Shown: one piece after another, positions 1 through 6,832 of the stretch | Layout of the letters: each line of letters opens with the position of its first letter | Position numbering within the stretch: position 1 is the stretch's first letter | From: Gemmatimonadota bacterium | Lineage (GTDB): Bacteria > Gemmatimonadota > Gemmatimonadetes > Gemmatimonadales > GWC2-71-9 | Length of the DNA: 13,939 bases | Assembly: GCA_036679605.1 (NCBI GenBank) | Contig: JAZDCZ010000337.1 | Coordinates: 1-13,939, forward strand | Direction of reading: 5' to 3' | Made by a program: the position numbers and the translations under genes | The notes under the pieces: model-generated | What the model was told of the DNA's origin: nothing | The model's input: the letters and a program-made list of their open reading frames with translations, nothing else | The model's database searches: none

Positions 1-397
1 GGACGACGACGAAGGTCGTAACAATGAGTACGCGACCGGACCACCGATGGAACTGAATGTGGCGGCTTCGGATCCGCCGAGAGAACTGGAACGGTGCTAG
101 GGTGAGAAGAATGCAGCCGGGCAGAACGTGCAGCAGGGTGAGGAGTGGGTGAGCGCCAAACCGGCCATCGAACCGCCGCAATTCCTCTCGCCGCTCCGCC
201 CAAAAGGGGTTGTTTCGCTGCAGCGCGGAGAGCAGCTGCTGGCGGAAGGGCTCCAACTGAGTGCCCCAATCGTCAAGGAAGACGGCTCTGGCTATCGCCG
301 TTGCCACACCGATTAGCACGAGGATAACGACGCCGCACCAAAGGGCACGACGTAGCCAAAGCAGCGTCAGGTTGGGAGCCAGGTCTACCGTCTGCAT
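1..397 (-). CDS. DUF2306-like integral membrane protein, 5' part; runs off the left edge of the window
   Basis: Not in the ORF track because it has no stop in the window. Manual translation from ATG at 397 is open to position 1: MQTVDLAPNLTLLWLRRALWCGVVILVLIGVATAIARAVF...HPLLTLLHVLPGCILLTLAPFQFSRRIRSRHIQFHRWSGRVLIV. The hydrophobic helices and the H...FQF...R...HRWxGR pattern match DUF2306 proteins from memory. Confidence 0.75.
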   Translation of the reverse strand, partial: MQTVDLAPNLTLLWLRRALWCGVVILVLIGVATAIARAVFLDDWGTQLEPFRQQLLSALQRNNPFWAERREELRRFDGRFGAHPLLTLLHVLPGCILLTLAPFQFSRRIRSRHIQFHRWSGRVLIVTTFVVV

Positions 398-471
398 AGC
401 ACCTGCGCCGACTCGCAACCTCGATAACGGTCAGCAAGGGCAGTCGAGAGCCGGGACGTGATCTCGGTCAT
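385..471 (-). pseudogene. Remnant of a Ser/Thr protein kinase 5' end; 28-aa mini-ORF MTEITSRLSTALADRYRGCESAQVLCRR*
   Basis: ATG at 471, TAG at 387-385. MTEITSRLSTALADRYR resembles the N-terminus of Hanks-type kinases (..LADRYRIERELGxGGMATVYLA). A shifted frame continues GAGAMQTVDLA. Confidence 0.65.
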
Positions 472-507
472 GGGGCTAAGATGCAGTGCCGCAGCTCAGG
501 TGGCCAG
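437..507 (-). repeat. 71-bp repeat, copy 1
   Basis: Manual ungapped alignment: 68/71 identical to copy 2 and 64/71 to copy 3. A 31-bp core atctcggtcatggggctaagatgcagtgccg (461-491) is invariant in all three copies. Confidence 0.97.
478..506 (-). promoter_or_regulatory. Putative sigma70-type promoter for a leaderless mRNA (TGGCCA-N17-CATCTT-N6-ATG); same arrangement at 966-994 and 2022-2050
   Basis: Minus strand reads TGGCCA cctgagctgcggcactg CATCTT agcccc ATG. Both hexamers are invariant in all three copies, while the upstream mismatches fall in the spacer. There is no Shine-Dalgarno before the ATG. Match to consensus is only 4/6 and 3/6. Confidence 0.45.
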
Positions 508-540
508 TACCAGGGTCAGACGATACCCACTTCACCCGGC

Positions 541-878
541 TCACCGTTTTACGGCAATGCCCTGCACCTCGAACCGGGCTTCGAAAAGCAACGTACCGGC
601 ACCGACAAAGGCCCTCGCTGGAAACTCTCTCGTGAAATACGTGCGATAAACCGCATTGAACGCAGCGTAGTATGCAACGTCGGAGCAAAACACCTGCACC
701 GACACGAGGTCGTCCATCGTCAGCCCTATAGTTCCAGACAGATACAGCGTGTTGCCCACCAGCACCGCGCCGCTAAATGGCAGGGCGGTCGAATCGGTGG
801 CGGACCGTGCGTTGATGTAGCGTCGTACCTCCTGCGCAACATGACCGAAACGAACGCTGCAAATGTTTGGCACCTCAT
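541..878 (-). pseudogene. RidA/YjgF/UK114 (Rid) family gene with an internal deletion and a 5' frameshift
   Basis: Rid motifs PFSGAVLVGNTLYLSGTIG and FNAVYRTYF..FPARAFVG..LLFEARFEVQGIAV are present. The ~30-aa segment normally between ..SGxIGL and GLTMDD is missing. The ATG at 878 with a strong SD (AAGGAGGT) gives MRCQTFAAFVSVML but is out of frame with the Rid domain (ORF 541-873). Confidence 0.75.
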
Positions 879-905
879 AACTCGTACCTCCTTAGTTGGG
901 AAGAT

Positions 906-959
906 TCAAACCTGCTGCTGCTCGAGGGCGGTCGAGAGCCGGGACGTGATCTCGGTCAT
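906..959 (-). other. Repeat-encoded mini-ORF MTEITSRLSTALEQQQV* (17 aa)
   Basis: ATG at 959, TGA at 908-906, upstream of the RidA SD. Whether it is translated is unknown. Confidence 0.45.
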
Positions 960-995
960 GGGGCTAAGATGCAGTGCCGAAGCGCAGGTGGCCAG
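925..995 (-). repeat. 71-bp repeat, copy 2
   Basis: 68/71 identical to copy 1 and 65/71 to copy 3. Lies between the FAH stop codon and the RidA start. Confidence 0.97.
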
Positions 996-1029
996 CGATC
1001 AACCTGGAGTCTTCGCAAGGGATGCGGCT

Positions 1030-1878
1030 CTAGTGCCGCCGGTCTCCCGCGGCAACGACTGTGTTTCGCAAGACCCCTACACCCTCGACCTCGACTTCCA
1101 CCACGTCTCCCGGTTTCATGGCTGCCGTTGTACCCGGAGTACCCGTGAAGATGACGTCCCCGGGCATCAACGTGACATACCGGCTCACGTAGCTCACAAT
1201 CTCGTCTACGTCAAAAATCAAATCGGCGCTGCGCTCTGATTGTCGCAGTTCACCGTTGAGTCGGGTCTGGACGAGCAGGTTGTTGTAATCCAGCCCCGTG
1301 GCGACGGTGGGCCCGAGCGGGCCGAAAGTATCGGACGCTTTGGCCCGAAGCCACTGGAGATCCGCACGCTGCCAGTCGCGCTCGCTCACGTCGTTACCGG
1401 CCGTGACACCGAAGATGTACTCGTGCGCGTCGACGGCCGAGACGTTGCTCGCTTGCTTGCCGATTACCACGACGAGTTCTCCTTCGTAATGCAGGTTCTC
1501 GGCGTCGGGCGGCATTACGATGTGCGCCTCATGTCCCACGATCGAGGTCGGGTATTTCGCGAACAGCCCCGGGTATTCCGCCGGAGGTCTGCTACCAAGG
1601 TGGCTGCGGTAATTGAGGCCGACCGCAATCACTTTCGACGGCTCGACTGGTGCAAGCAATCGCACGGTGGAAAGCGGCATCGTGCGGCCGGTACGGCGCG
1701 GTGACTCGAACAGGCCCCCCTGCAACTCCACGATGATCTCGCCCTCGAGAATACCGTACGACACGCGGCCTTCGAGCGCGTACCGAACGTAGCGAGTGAC
1801 TTGGTCTTGAGCAGCGGCCGTATGCGCTAGCACAGCGACGGCCACCACGCTCAGAACCCCTGAGGCGGTGTTGCGCAT
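1030..1878 (-). CDS. Fumarylacetoacetate (FAH) hydrolase family protein with a predicted Sec signal peptide
   Basis: FAH motifs KVIAVGLNYRSH, HYEGELVVVIGK, GNDVSERDWQ, KASDTFGPLGP and PGDVIFTGTPG. Likely start is ATG 1878 after GGAGGA. The N-terminus MRNTASGVLSVVAVAVLAHTAAA|Q looks like a signal peptide. Confidence 0.93.
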   Translation of the reverse strand: MRNTASGVLSVVAVAVLAHTAAAQDQVTRYVRYALEGRVSYGILEGEIIVELQGGLFESPRRTGRTMPLSTVRLLAPVEPSKVIAVGLNYRSHLGSRPPAEYPGLFAKYPTSIVGHEAHIVMPPDAENLHYEGELVVVIGKQASNVSAVDAHEYIFGVTAGNDVSERDWQRADLQWLRAKASDTFGPLGPTVATGLDYNNLLVQTRLNGELRQSERSADLIFDVDEIVSYVSRYVTLMPGDVIFTGTPGTTAAMKPGDVVEVEVEGVGVLRNTVVAAGDRRH

Positions 1879-1931
1879 GGAGTCCTCCAATAGTGCGGGA
1901 TGTCAGGTGTATCTCTTTATCCCAGCGCGGC

Positions 1932-2015
1932 TCAACCTAGCACGTGGAATCGCCGCGTGAACTTCACGATGAAACCTGCGAGGGCGGTCGAGAGGTCGGA
2001 CGTAATCTCGGTCAT
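1932..2015 (-). other. Repeat-encoded mini-ORF MTEITSDLSTALAGFIVKFTRRFHVLG* (27 aa)
   Basis: ATG at 2015, TGA at 1934-1932, upstream of the FAH gene. Whether it is translated is unknown. Confidence 0.45.
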
Positions 2016-2051
2016 GGGGCTAAGATGCAGTGCCGAAGCTCATGTGGCCAG
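1981..2051 (-). repeat. 71-bp repeat, copy 3 (most diverged)
   Basis: 64/71 identical to copy 1 and 65/71 to copy 2. Shares 3 extra bases (tac) with copy 1 on the right and 2 (cg) with copy 2 on the left. Confidence 0.97.
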
Positions 2052-2305
2052 TACTGTTTGGACGGGCGAACTAACTCTAAGTGATTATGGGAATTTGGTT
2101 GCCCGTACCCACAACCTGATTACGTTGCAATCCCGCGGGTGACGTGTAAGATATGGACATATGTTGGTCAGTCCATTTACGAGTTAGACCGCGACCTCGC
2201 ATGACCGAGTAAGCCCCGCATATTGTGGTAGACTGGTCCGGTCGTTTACAAGTGAGACGGCACGGATGGGGGCGGTTCAGTGTTCTTGATGAAGGAGGAC
2301 AGGCA

Positions 2306-2788
2306 ATGAAAGAGAGATCACCACTGCAATCCACAACCTGCATCGTCTCGGGAGTCATGCTCTTGCTGGCTGGGTGTTCCTCGCAGGAAAGGGGAAACCT
2401 GGAGGCCGATATTGCTGCGGTCAACGACATCTGGAACCAGTACTCTTCCAGCCTTAACTCAGGCGATCTAGATCGCTGGATGTCCCTATGGACCGAAGGC
2501 GGGGTACAGATGCCGCCAGGTGAGCCTCCGGTTATCGGCAAGGATCAGATACGGGCAAGAAACAAAGGTGTACTGGATCAGTTCACCTTCAACATCCGAA
2601 TCACCAACGAGGAGGTCGGGGCGGCTCGTGACTGGGCGTTCGCTCGGGGTACTTACAAAGCAACTTTGACTCCCAAGGAAGAAGGCGACGCAATCGATGT
2701 CGACGGCAAGTACATGACCATCTTTCAAAGGCAACCCGATGGGTCCTGGAAGATTCACCTCGATATCTTCAACTCCAACGTGCCTTAG
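2306..2788 (+). CDS. NTF2-like / SnoaL-like (DUF4440, YybH-type) lipoprotein
   Basis: SD AAGGAGG precedes ATG 2306. Lipobox LLAGC. Motifs MPPGEPPVIGKDQIR, DWAFARGTY and GKYMTIFQRQPDGSWKI are typical of ketosteroid-isomerase-like DUF4440 proteins. Confidence 0.85.
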   Translation: MKERSPLQSTTCIVSGVMLLLAGCSSQERGNLEADIAAVNDIWNQYSSSLNSGDLDRWMSLWTEGGVQMPPGEPPVIGKDQIRARNKGVLDQFTFNIRITNEEVGAARDWAFARGTYKATLTPKEEGDAIDVDGKYMTIFQRQPDGSWKIHLDIFNSNVP

Positions 2789-2930
2789 GCGGCGTCACAT
2801 GGCCAAGGTCATGCCGCGCAAACTCGGAAGCCGACGATGGTAAGTTTCTATATGTAGTCGGCAGTGGTACGATGAAGATCCCCCTCGACTCACTCCCCTT
2901 CGCCAACGAGGTCAGCGACAACTGACACCG

Positions 2931-3233
2931 CTATTTTCGGCGCACGACAAAGAATGCGAACAAGATCAACAGGGTGAGGAAGGCAGGGACAAACAACTCC
3001 CGGCTGTTTGAGCGATCTGAGAAATGATCGAACACGGCTGCAAGCGTGGCTACGCCCAGAAAGACTACCGCGCCGACAATCGCGCCGGTCGCGCCGCCGA
3101 CTGCAACCACCCAACGTTTCCCCTCCAACGGCGTGGTTCGCGAGCGCACAACGGCCGCGATGGCCCCTAGAACGCTGCCAATCCCGAAGCCGATCCAGAG
3201 CAGGTCAGTGTATGGACCAAACATTGTAGGCAA
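2931..3233 (-). CDS. Small hypothetical membrane protein with ~3 hydrophobic segments; start uncertain (TTG 3233 or ATG 3224)
   Basis: Three hydrophobic stretches and a basic C-terminus (VVRRK). Fills an otherwise empty gap. No family recognised. Confidence 0.6.
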   Translation of the reverse strand: MPTMFGPYTDLLWIGFGIGSVLGAIAAVVRSRTTPLEGKRWVVAVGGATGAIVGAVVFLGVATLAAVFDHFSDRSNSRELFVPAFLTLLILFAFFVVRRK

Positions 3234-3428
3234 TCTGTACGCACTTCAATTAGACCCCAACCGTCCAATTCATCCGCAAAGCCTAGCCGGTTGACGCCCG
3301 ATTGCATATTCGCTAGGTCGTGACTGCACCCGACCGTATCTGCATATACATTAAGTTGTCAGCCTGACCGAGCAGCGGCAGCTTCATGCCGACCACTCGA
3401 ACTCAGTATCTGTCGACCAAGAAGCAAT

Positions 3429-4043
3429 ATGGGATTTTACTCGAGGTTCGTAGTTCCGTGGGGATGCAATCTATTGATGGCATCTTCCCAATTCCCCGAC
3501 GTTCGGAAGGCGCTTCTCGAAGGCGTGGAGGGAGACGTGCTGGAAATAGGATTCGGCACAGGCCTGAACCTACCTCACTACCCGGCCAGTGTACGGAAAC
3601 TCACCGCCATCGACAAGAACCCCGGTATGGCCGCCAAGGCAAAACAAAGAATTAGCGATTCGGGCATCGAAGTCGAACATCTCGTGTTGAATGGCGAGAC
3701 TCTCCCGATGGCGAATGAGAGCTACGATTGTGTAGTGAGCGGGTGGACTTTGTGCAGCATCCGTGACGTCGGACAGGCACTGCGAGAAATTCACCGGGTC
3801 TTGAGGCCGACCGGTCGCTTCTTTTTCGCTGAGCACGGACGAAGTCCGGACAGAAATGTGCGGAAATGGCAGAACCGATTGAACCCGGTGCAAAAACTGA
3901 TCGCCGACGGCTGCAATCTGAACCGGGACATCAAACAACTAATCGAGAGCCACGGATTCACCATCACAAAGTTGCGGGAATTCTATTTGGACAAGCTTCC
4001 CAAGTTACATGGCTACATGTATCAGGGGGTGGCATCCAAGTGA
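3429..4043 (+). CDS. Class I SAM-dependent methyltransferase (Methyltransf_11, METTL7/TMT1-like)
   Basis: Motif I VLEIGFGTG, plus YDCVVSGWTLCSI, EIHRVLRPTGRFFFAEHG and GCNLNRDI. Confidence 0.92.
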   Translation: MGFYSRFVVPWGCNLLMASSQFPDVRKALLEGVEGDVLEIGFGTGLNLPHYPASVRKLTAIDKNPGMAAKAKQRISDSGIEVEHLVLNGETLPMANESYDCVVSGWTLCSIRDVGQALREIHRVLRPTGRFFFAEHGRSPDRNVRKWQNRLNPVQKLIADGCNLNRDIKQLIESHGFTITKLREFYLDKLPKLHGYMYQGVASK

Positions 4044-6823
4044 CGATCTAGCTCCAACTCGATCGTAACGATCTCGTGAGGGTCCAAGTGAAGGCGTACT
4101 TCACGCGGTGCTTCGACATCGATGGGAGTCTGTCGCTCCTCCAGCAGATTCGTACGCCAGGCTCTCACCACGTTCACTCCCAGGGTGAGCGTCTCATCGA
4201 CCGGCGAGCCAATGAGGTTGTACAGTCGGACCACGAGAGTATTCCGTGACTCATGCTTCTTGACGGCGCTGATGCTCGTCGCTGATGTACTCTTACGAAG
4301 CAGACCTCGGCCTCCGGCGACGGACCCGTCTCGTACACCCTGGCCGACCGCGACCGGCACTCGGTAACGGCGACTGGCCTCCTTGACCGCTTCGACCTCG
4401 TACTCGACTCCAAGCGGAATCACTCCATACTGGAAGGTGTGTTCTCCGATGCACTGGGCGTCAGGTGTCTTGATCGTTGGACCGGCATTGGACCAGCACC
4501 TAGCGGCAAAGTCGTCGCGCGACAGCCAACCCACCGACCTCAATAGCGTGAGATAAAGCGACGATTTTGCCGAGTCGTCTCGCACGGCTTGTATTTCAGG
4601 CAGACCACGATTCAGTACCGCGAGCCCACGGCTCCCATCATGCTGTAGCGTGAACTCCTGCTGCGGATAGGTACCCGAAGGTGGCTGCACCCAATCGGCA
4701 CCTTCCGGCTGCTCCATCGGGCGCTCATTGATGTAGAACTGGCCGTCCGACAGCACCAAATCGGTCTTCACGGTGGTCGGAAACACCGCCCGCAGACGAT
4801 GGTCCTCGGCGCGATTGTCGAATGACAACTCTACGTCGATGACCGGATCGTTAACCTTGAGCCCGATCCGGGTTCGCACCCTACACTCTACCGTGTCGGC
4901 GACCCGGCGTTCACGGTCGTGAGATACTGCGCTTGGTAGTTCTAGTAGAAACTGAACCTCTATGCAACCGCACAGCCCTCCGGCGTCGACTACTCGCAAA
5001 GTTCCCACCTCGCCGGCGGACGACACCACTTCCCCGCTATCAATAGGCGAGTAATCGTACTCGTCACCGACATCGGCCGAGTCATCGAGTCTGTTGAGAC
5101 CCTCGAAGTGGTTGCCCGTTGATTTGTCGGTGACATCGAACGTCCCGTCACAGTGAACGGTGACATCGTACAACTCGCTACTCATGGTGTTGCCTACAAC
5201 CGCAACCCTGTCCACTTCTCGCTCATCTGTAGGGGGGCCGTCATCGGCACGTTCAGTCAGGTAGTAGTTGGCATGACCCAAAGCAGGTATGTCAGTCGCA
5301 AGAAAACGCATCCATACGAAAGTGTCTCGAACCTGCCGTTCCGATTCATTCCTGACTATGCGCTTTCTAAAATCATCCAAGTAGATCTGAAAATGCTCCC
5401 GCTGCCGCCAGCCAAACAATTCCTTGCGGCAATCGACTCCCCAAAAGTGCTCTACGTAATATGTCTCCAAGATCTCGAATCTTATTGGTCGCCCCGACTC
5501 ATCATGCATGGCAAGCCGATCCACCGATGCGCCCGGCGGCCGAAGAACGATCAATCGATCCACCATGTCGCTGCGCTCCTGCGGCAGAGGATTGCCGACG
5601 CAGACAACGGTCTCTCCATCGGCGTCGCTGCCACGTGCACAGGCTGGAACCAACCATCCCAATTGATCCCGCAACAATTGCTCGGCCGTTTGTATCACTC
5701 CATCGAACCGAGGAACCATGTCGCGGTGTACGTCGTCCGTGCTGCATCCACATATGGAATCGTGCGGATGGTTTTGTAACAGAAGTTTCCACGAATCGTC
5801 GACCAGCCCCTGCTCGTACGGTTGTCCCAGCATGAAGTGCATGTATGCCGAAAACGGCTCAACGTAGTCGGCCAAGATGGTCTGCGCTCTGTCGTTTAGT
5901 TGCTTGAGATACATACGCGCCGACCACACGCCTGACAAAATGAATTGCAGGCGCCCGCCTATGAGTTCGCCGCTGTAACTATTCTTGACGAAGTCGCGTG
6001 AACGAACCTCGCTCAGATAGTGCTCGAACCGGGCGTGTTTGAATTGTGTCTTGGGGAAAGCGCTTCCCAGTGCCTCGAAGATCGAACTCAACTCGCGCTG
6101 CGGCCGAAGATGGTCGCATCCGTTGTTGAGCAAGTACACATCTCCCTGCGACAGACGGCTCATCTTCTCAAATAAAGTTCTGATCTGCTGAACGGCGCGC
6201 TCCGGCTCCACATTTCGTTGCGTATTGGTTTCCCAATCTTCGGAAAACCCGAGCGCACCGGCGTTGCAGTACCCGCCGCATTGATTGATAGCGAGAACGA
6301 TGGCACCGTCCGGCCCTCGCCAGAAGAATTCGTGCCCGATCTCGTCGATCTCAGCACCGTTGCCGCGCGTGTAGATGAAGGAATCAATCTCCGCTTGACG
6401 CAGGATCTGCGGCATCTGCGCGATATGGCCGAAAGAATCCGGCATGTACCCAACCTTCTGTACGGCACCGAACTCACTGCCGACCATATGTCCGATGATA
6501 AGATTCCTAACCGTTGCCTCGGCACTGACCAGAAACTCATCGGGCAGGATATACCACGGCCCGATCGCGAGCTTCCCTTGTTCGACCAATCGCTTGATGC
6601 GGCTCTTGTCGTCTGGACGAACAGCGAGGTAGTCCTCCAGCACTATTGTCTGTCCATCCAACACGAAGTACTCGAAGGTCTCGTCGTGCTCCAGCAGATC
6701 CAATACTTCGCTGACCACTCTCACCAGATCTACGCGAAACTCGTGGTAGGGACGATACCATTCCCTATCCCAATGCGTGTGCGTTACGACAAACGCAACA
6801 ATTGGGTCGGCGTTACTCATCAT
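4022..6823 (-). CDS. Glycoside hydrolase family 38 alpha-mannosidase (MngB-like), no signal peptide
   Basis: 933 aa. HTHWDREWY (Zn ligands), LDGQT, GPWYILPDEFL, YMPDSFGH (nucleophile Asp), HPHDSICGCSTDDVH and TLLRSVGWLSR. Confidence 0.95.
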   Translation of the reverse strand: MMSNADPIVAFVVTHTHWDREWYRPYHEFRVDLVRVVSEVLDLLEHDETFEYFVLDGQTIVLEDYLAVRPDDKSRIKRLVEQGKLAIGPWYILPDEFLVSAEATVRNLIIGHMVGSEFGAVQKVGYMPDSFGHIAQMPQILRQAEIDSFIYTRGNGAEIDEIGHEFFWRGPDGAIVLAINQCGGYCNAGALGFSEDWETNTQRNVEPERAVQQIRTLFEKMSRLSQGDVYLLNNGCDHLRPQRELSSIFEALGSAFPKTQFKHARFEHYLSEVRSRDFVKNSYSGELIGGRLQFILSGVWSARMYLKQLNDRAQTILADYVEPFSAYMHFMLGQPYEQGLVDDSWKLLLQNHPHDSICGCSTDDVHRDMVPRFDGVIQTAEQLLRDQLGWLVPACARGSDADGETVVCVGNPLPQERSDMVDRLIVLRPPGASVDRLAMHDESGRPIRFEILETYYVEHFWGVDCRKELFGWRQREHFQIYLDDFRKRIVRNESERQVRDTFVWMRFLATDIPALGHANYYLTERADDGPPTDEREVDRVAVVGNTMSSELYDVTVHCDGTFDVTDKSTGNHFEGLNRLDDSADVGDEYDYSPIDSGEVVSSAGEVGTLRVVDAGGLCGCIEVQFLLELPSAVSHDRERRVADTVECRVRTRIGLKVNDPVIDVELSFDNRAEDHRLRAVFPTTVKTDLVLSDGQFYINERPMEQPEGADWVQPPSGTYPQQEFTLQHDGSRGLAVLNRGLPEIQAVRDDSAKSSLYLTLLRSVGWLSRDDFAARCWSNAGPTIKTPDAQCIGEHTFQYGVIPLGVEYEVEAVKEASRRYRVPVAVGQGVRDGSVAGGRGLLRKSTSATSISAVKKHESRNTLVVRLYNLIGSPVDETLTLGVNVVRAWRTNLLEERQTPIDVEAPREVRLHLDPHEIVTIELELDRHLDATP

Positions 6824-6832
6824 GCACCGCCG

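Noticed and set aside
488..507. Sigma54 -24/-12 promoter within the repeat (TGGC...TGC)
   Set aside because: The GG-to-GC spacing is not the required 10 nt, and the -12 candidate is not conserved between copies.
823..892. 11-bp direct repeat tcgtacctcct (823-833, 882-892)
   Set aside because: One copy is the RidA SD and the other is coding sequence (QEVR). Short enough to be chance, with no supporting structure.
481..1239. 252-aa plus-strand ORF and other plus-strand ORFs crossing the repeats (458-649, 1900-2142)
   Set aside because: Mostly antisense to RidA/FAH or intergenic. Their shared peptide (VISVMGLRCSA) is just the reverse reading of the repeat, with no recognisable domain.
437..2051. 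Repeats as a CRISPR array
   Set aside because: The repeats are 71 bp, separated by 0.4-1 kb of gene-containing DNA, and no cas genes are present.
437..2051. Repeats as classical integron attC sites
   Set aside because: No RYYYAAC...GTTRRRY ends and no extended palindrome (only a 5-bp CGAGA/TCTCG stem). No intI gene in the window.
2183..2189. GTTAGAC matching the integron core site GTTRRRY
   Set aside because: An isolated 7-mer with no matching inverse core site or attC hairpin.
2830..2925. GCCGAC/GTCGGC inverted repeat and tiny ORF MKIPLDSLPFANEVSDN* between convergent genes
   Set aside because: The stem is only 6-7 bp with a long loop and no U-tract, and the ORF has no SD or recognisable homology.
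3291..3319. Possible promoter TTGACG-N17-TAGGTC upstream of the methyltransferase
   Set aside because: The -10 element is poor and cannot be supported without transcript data.
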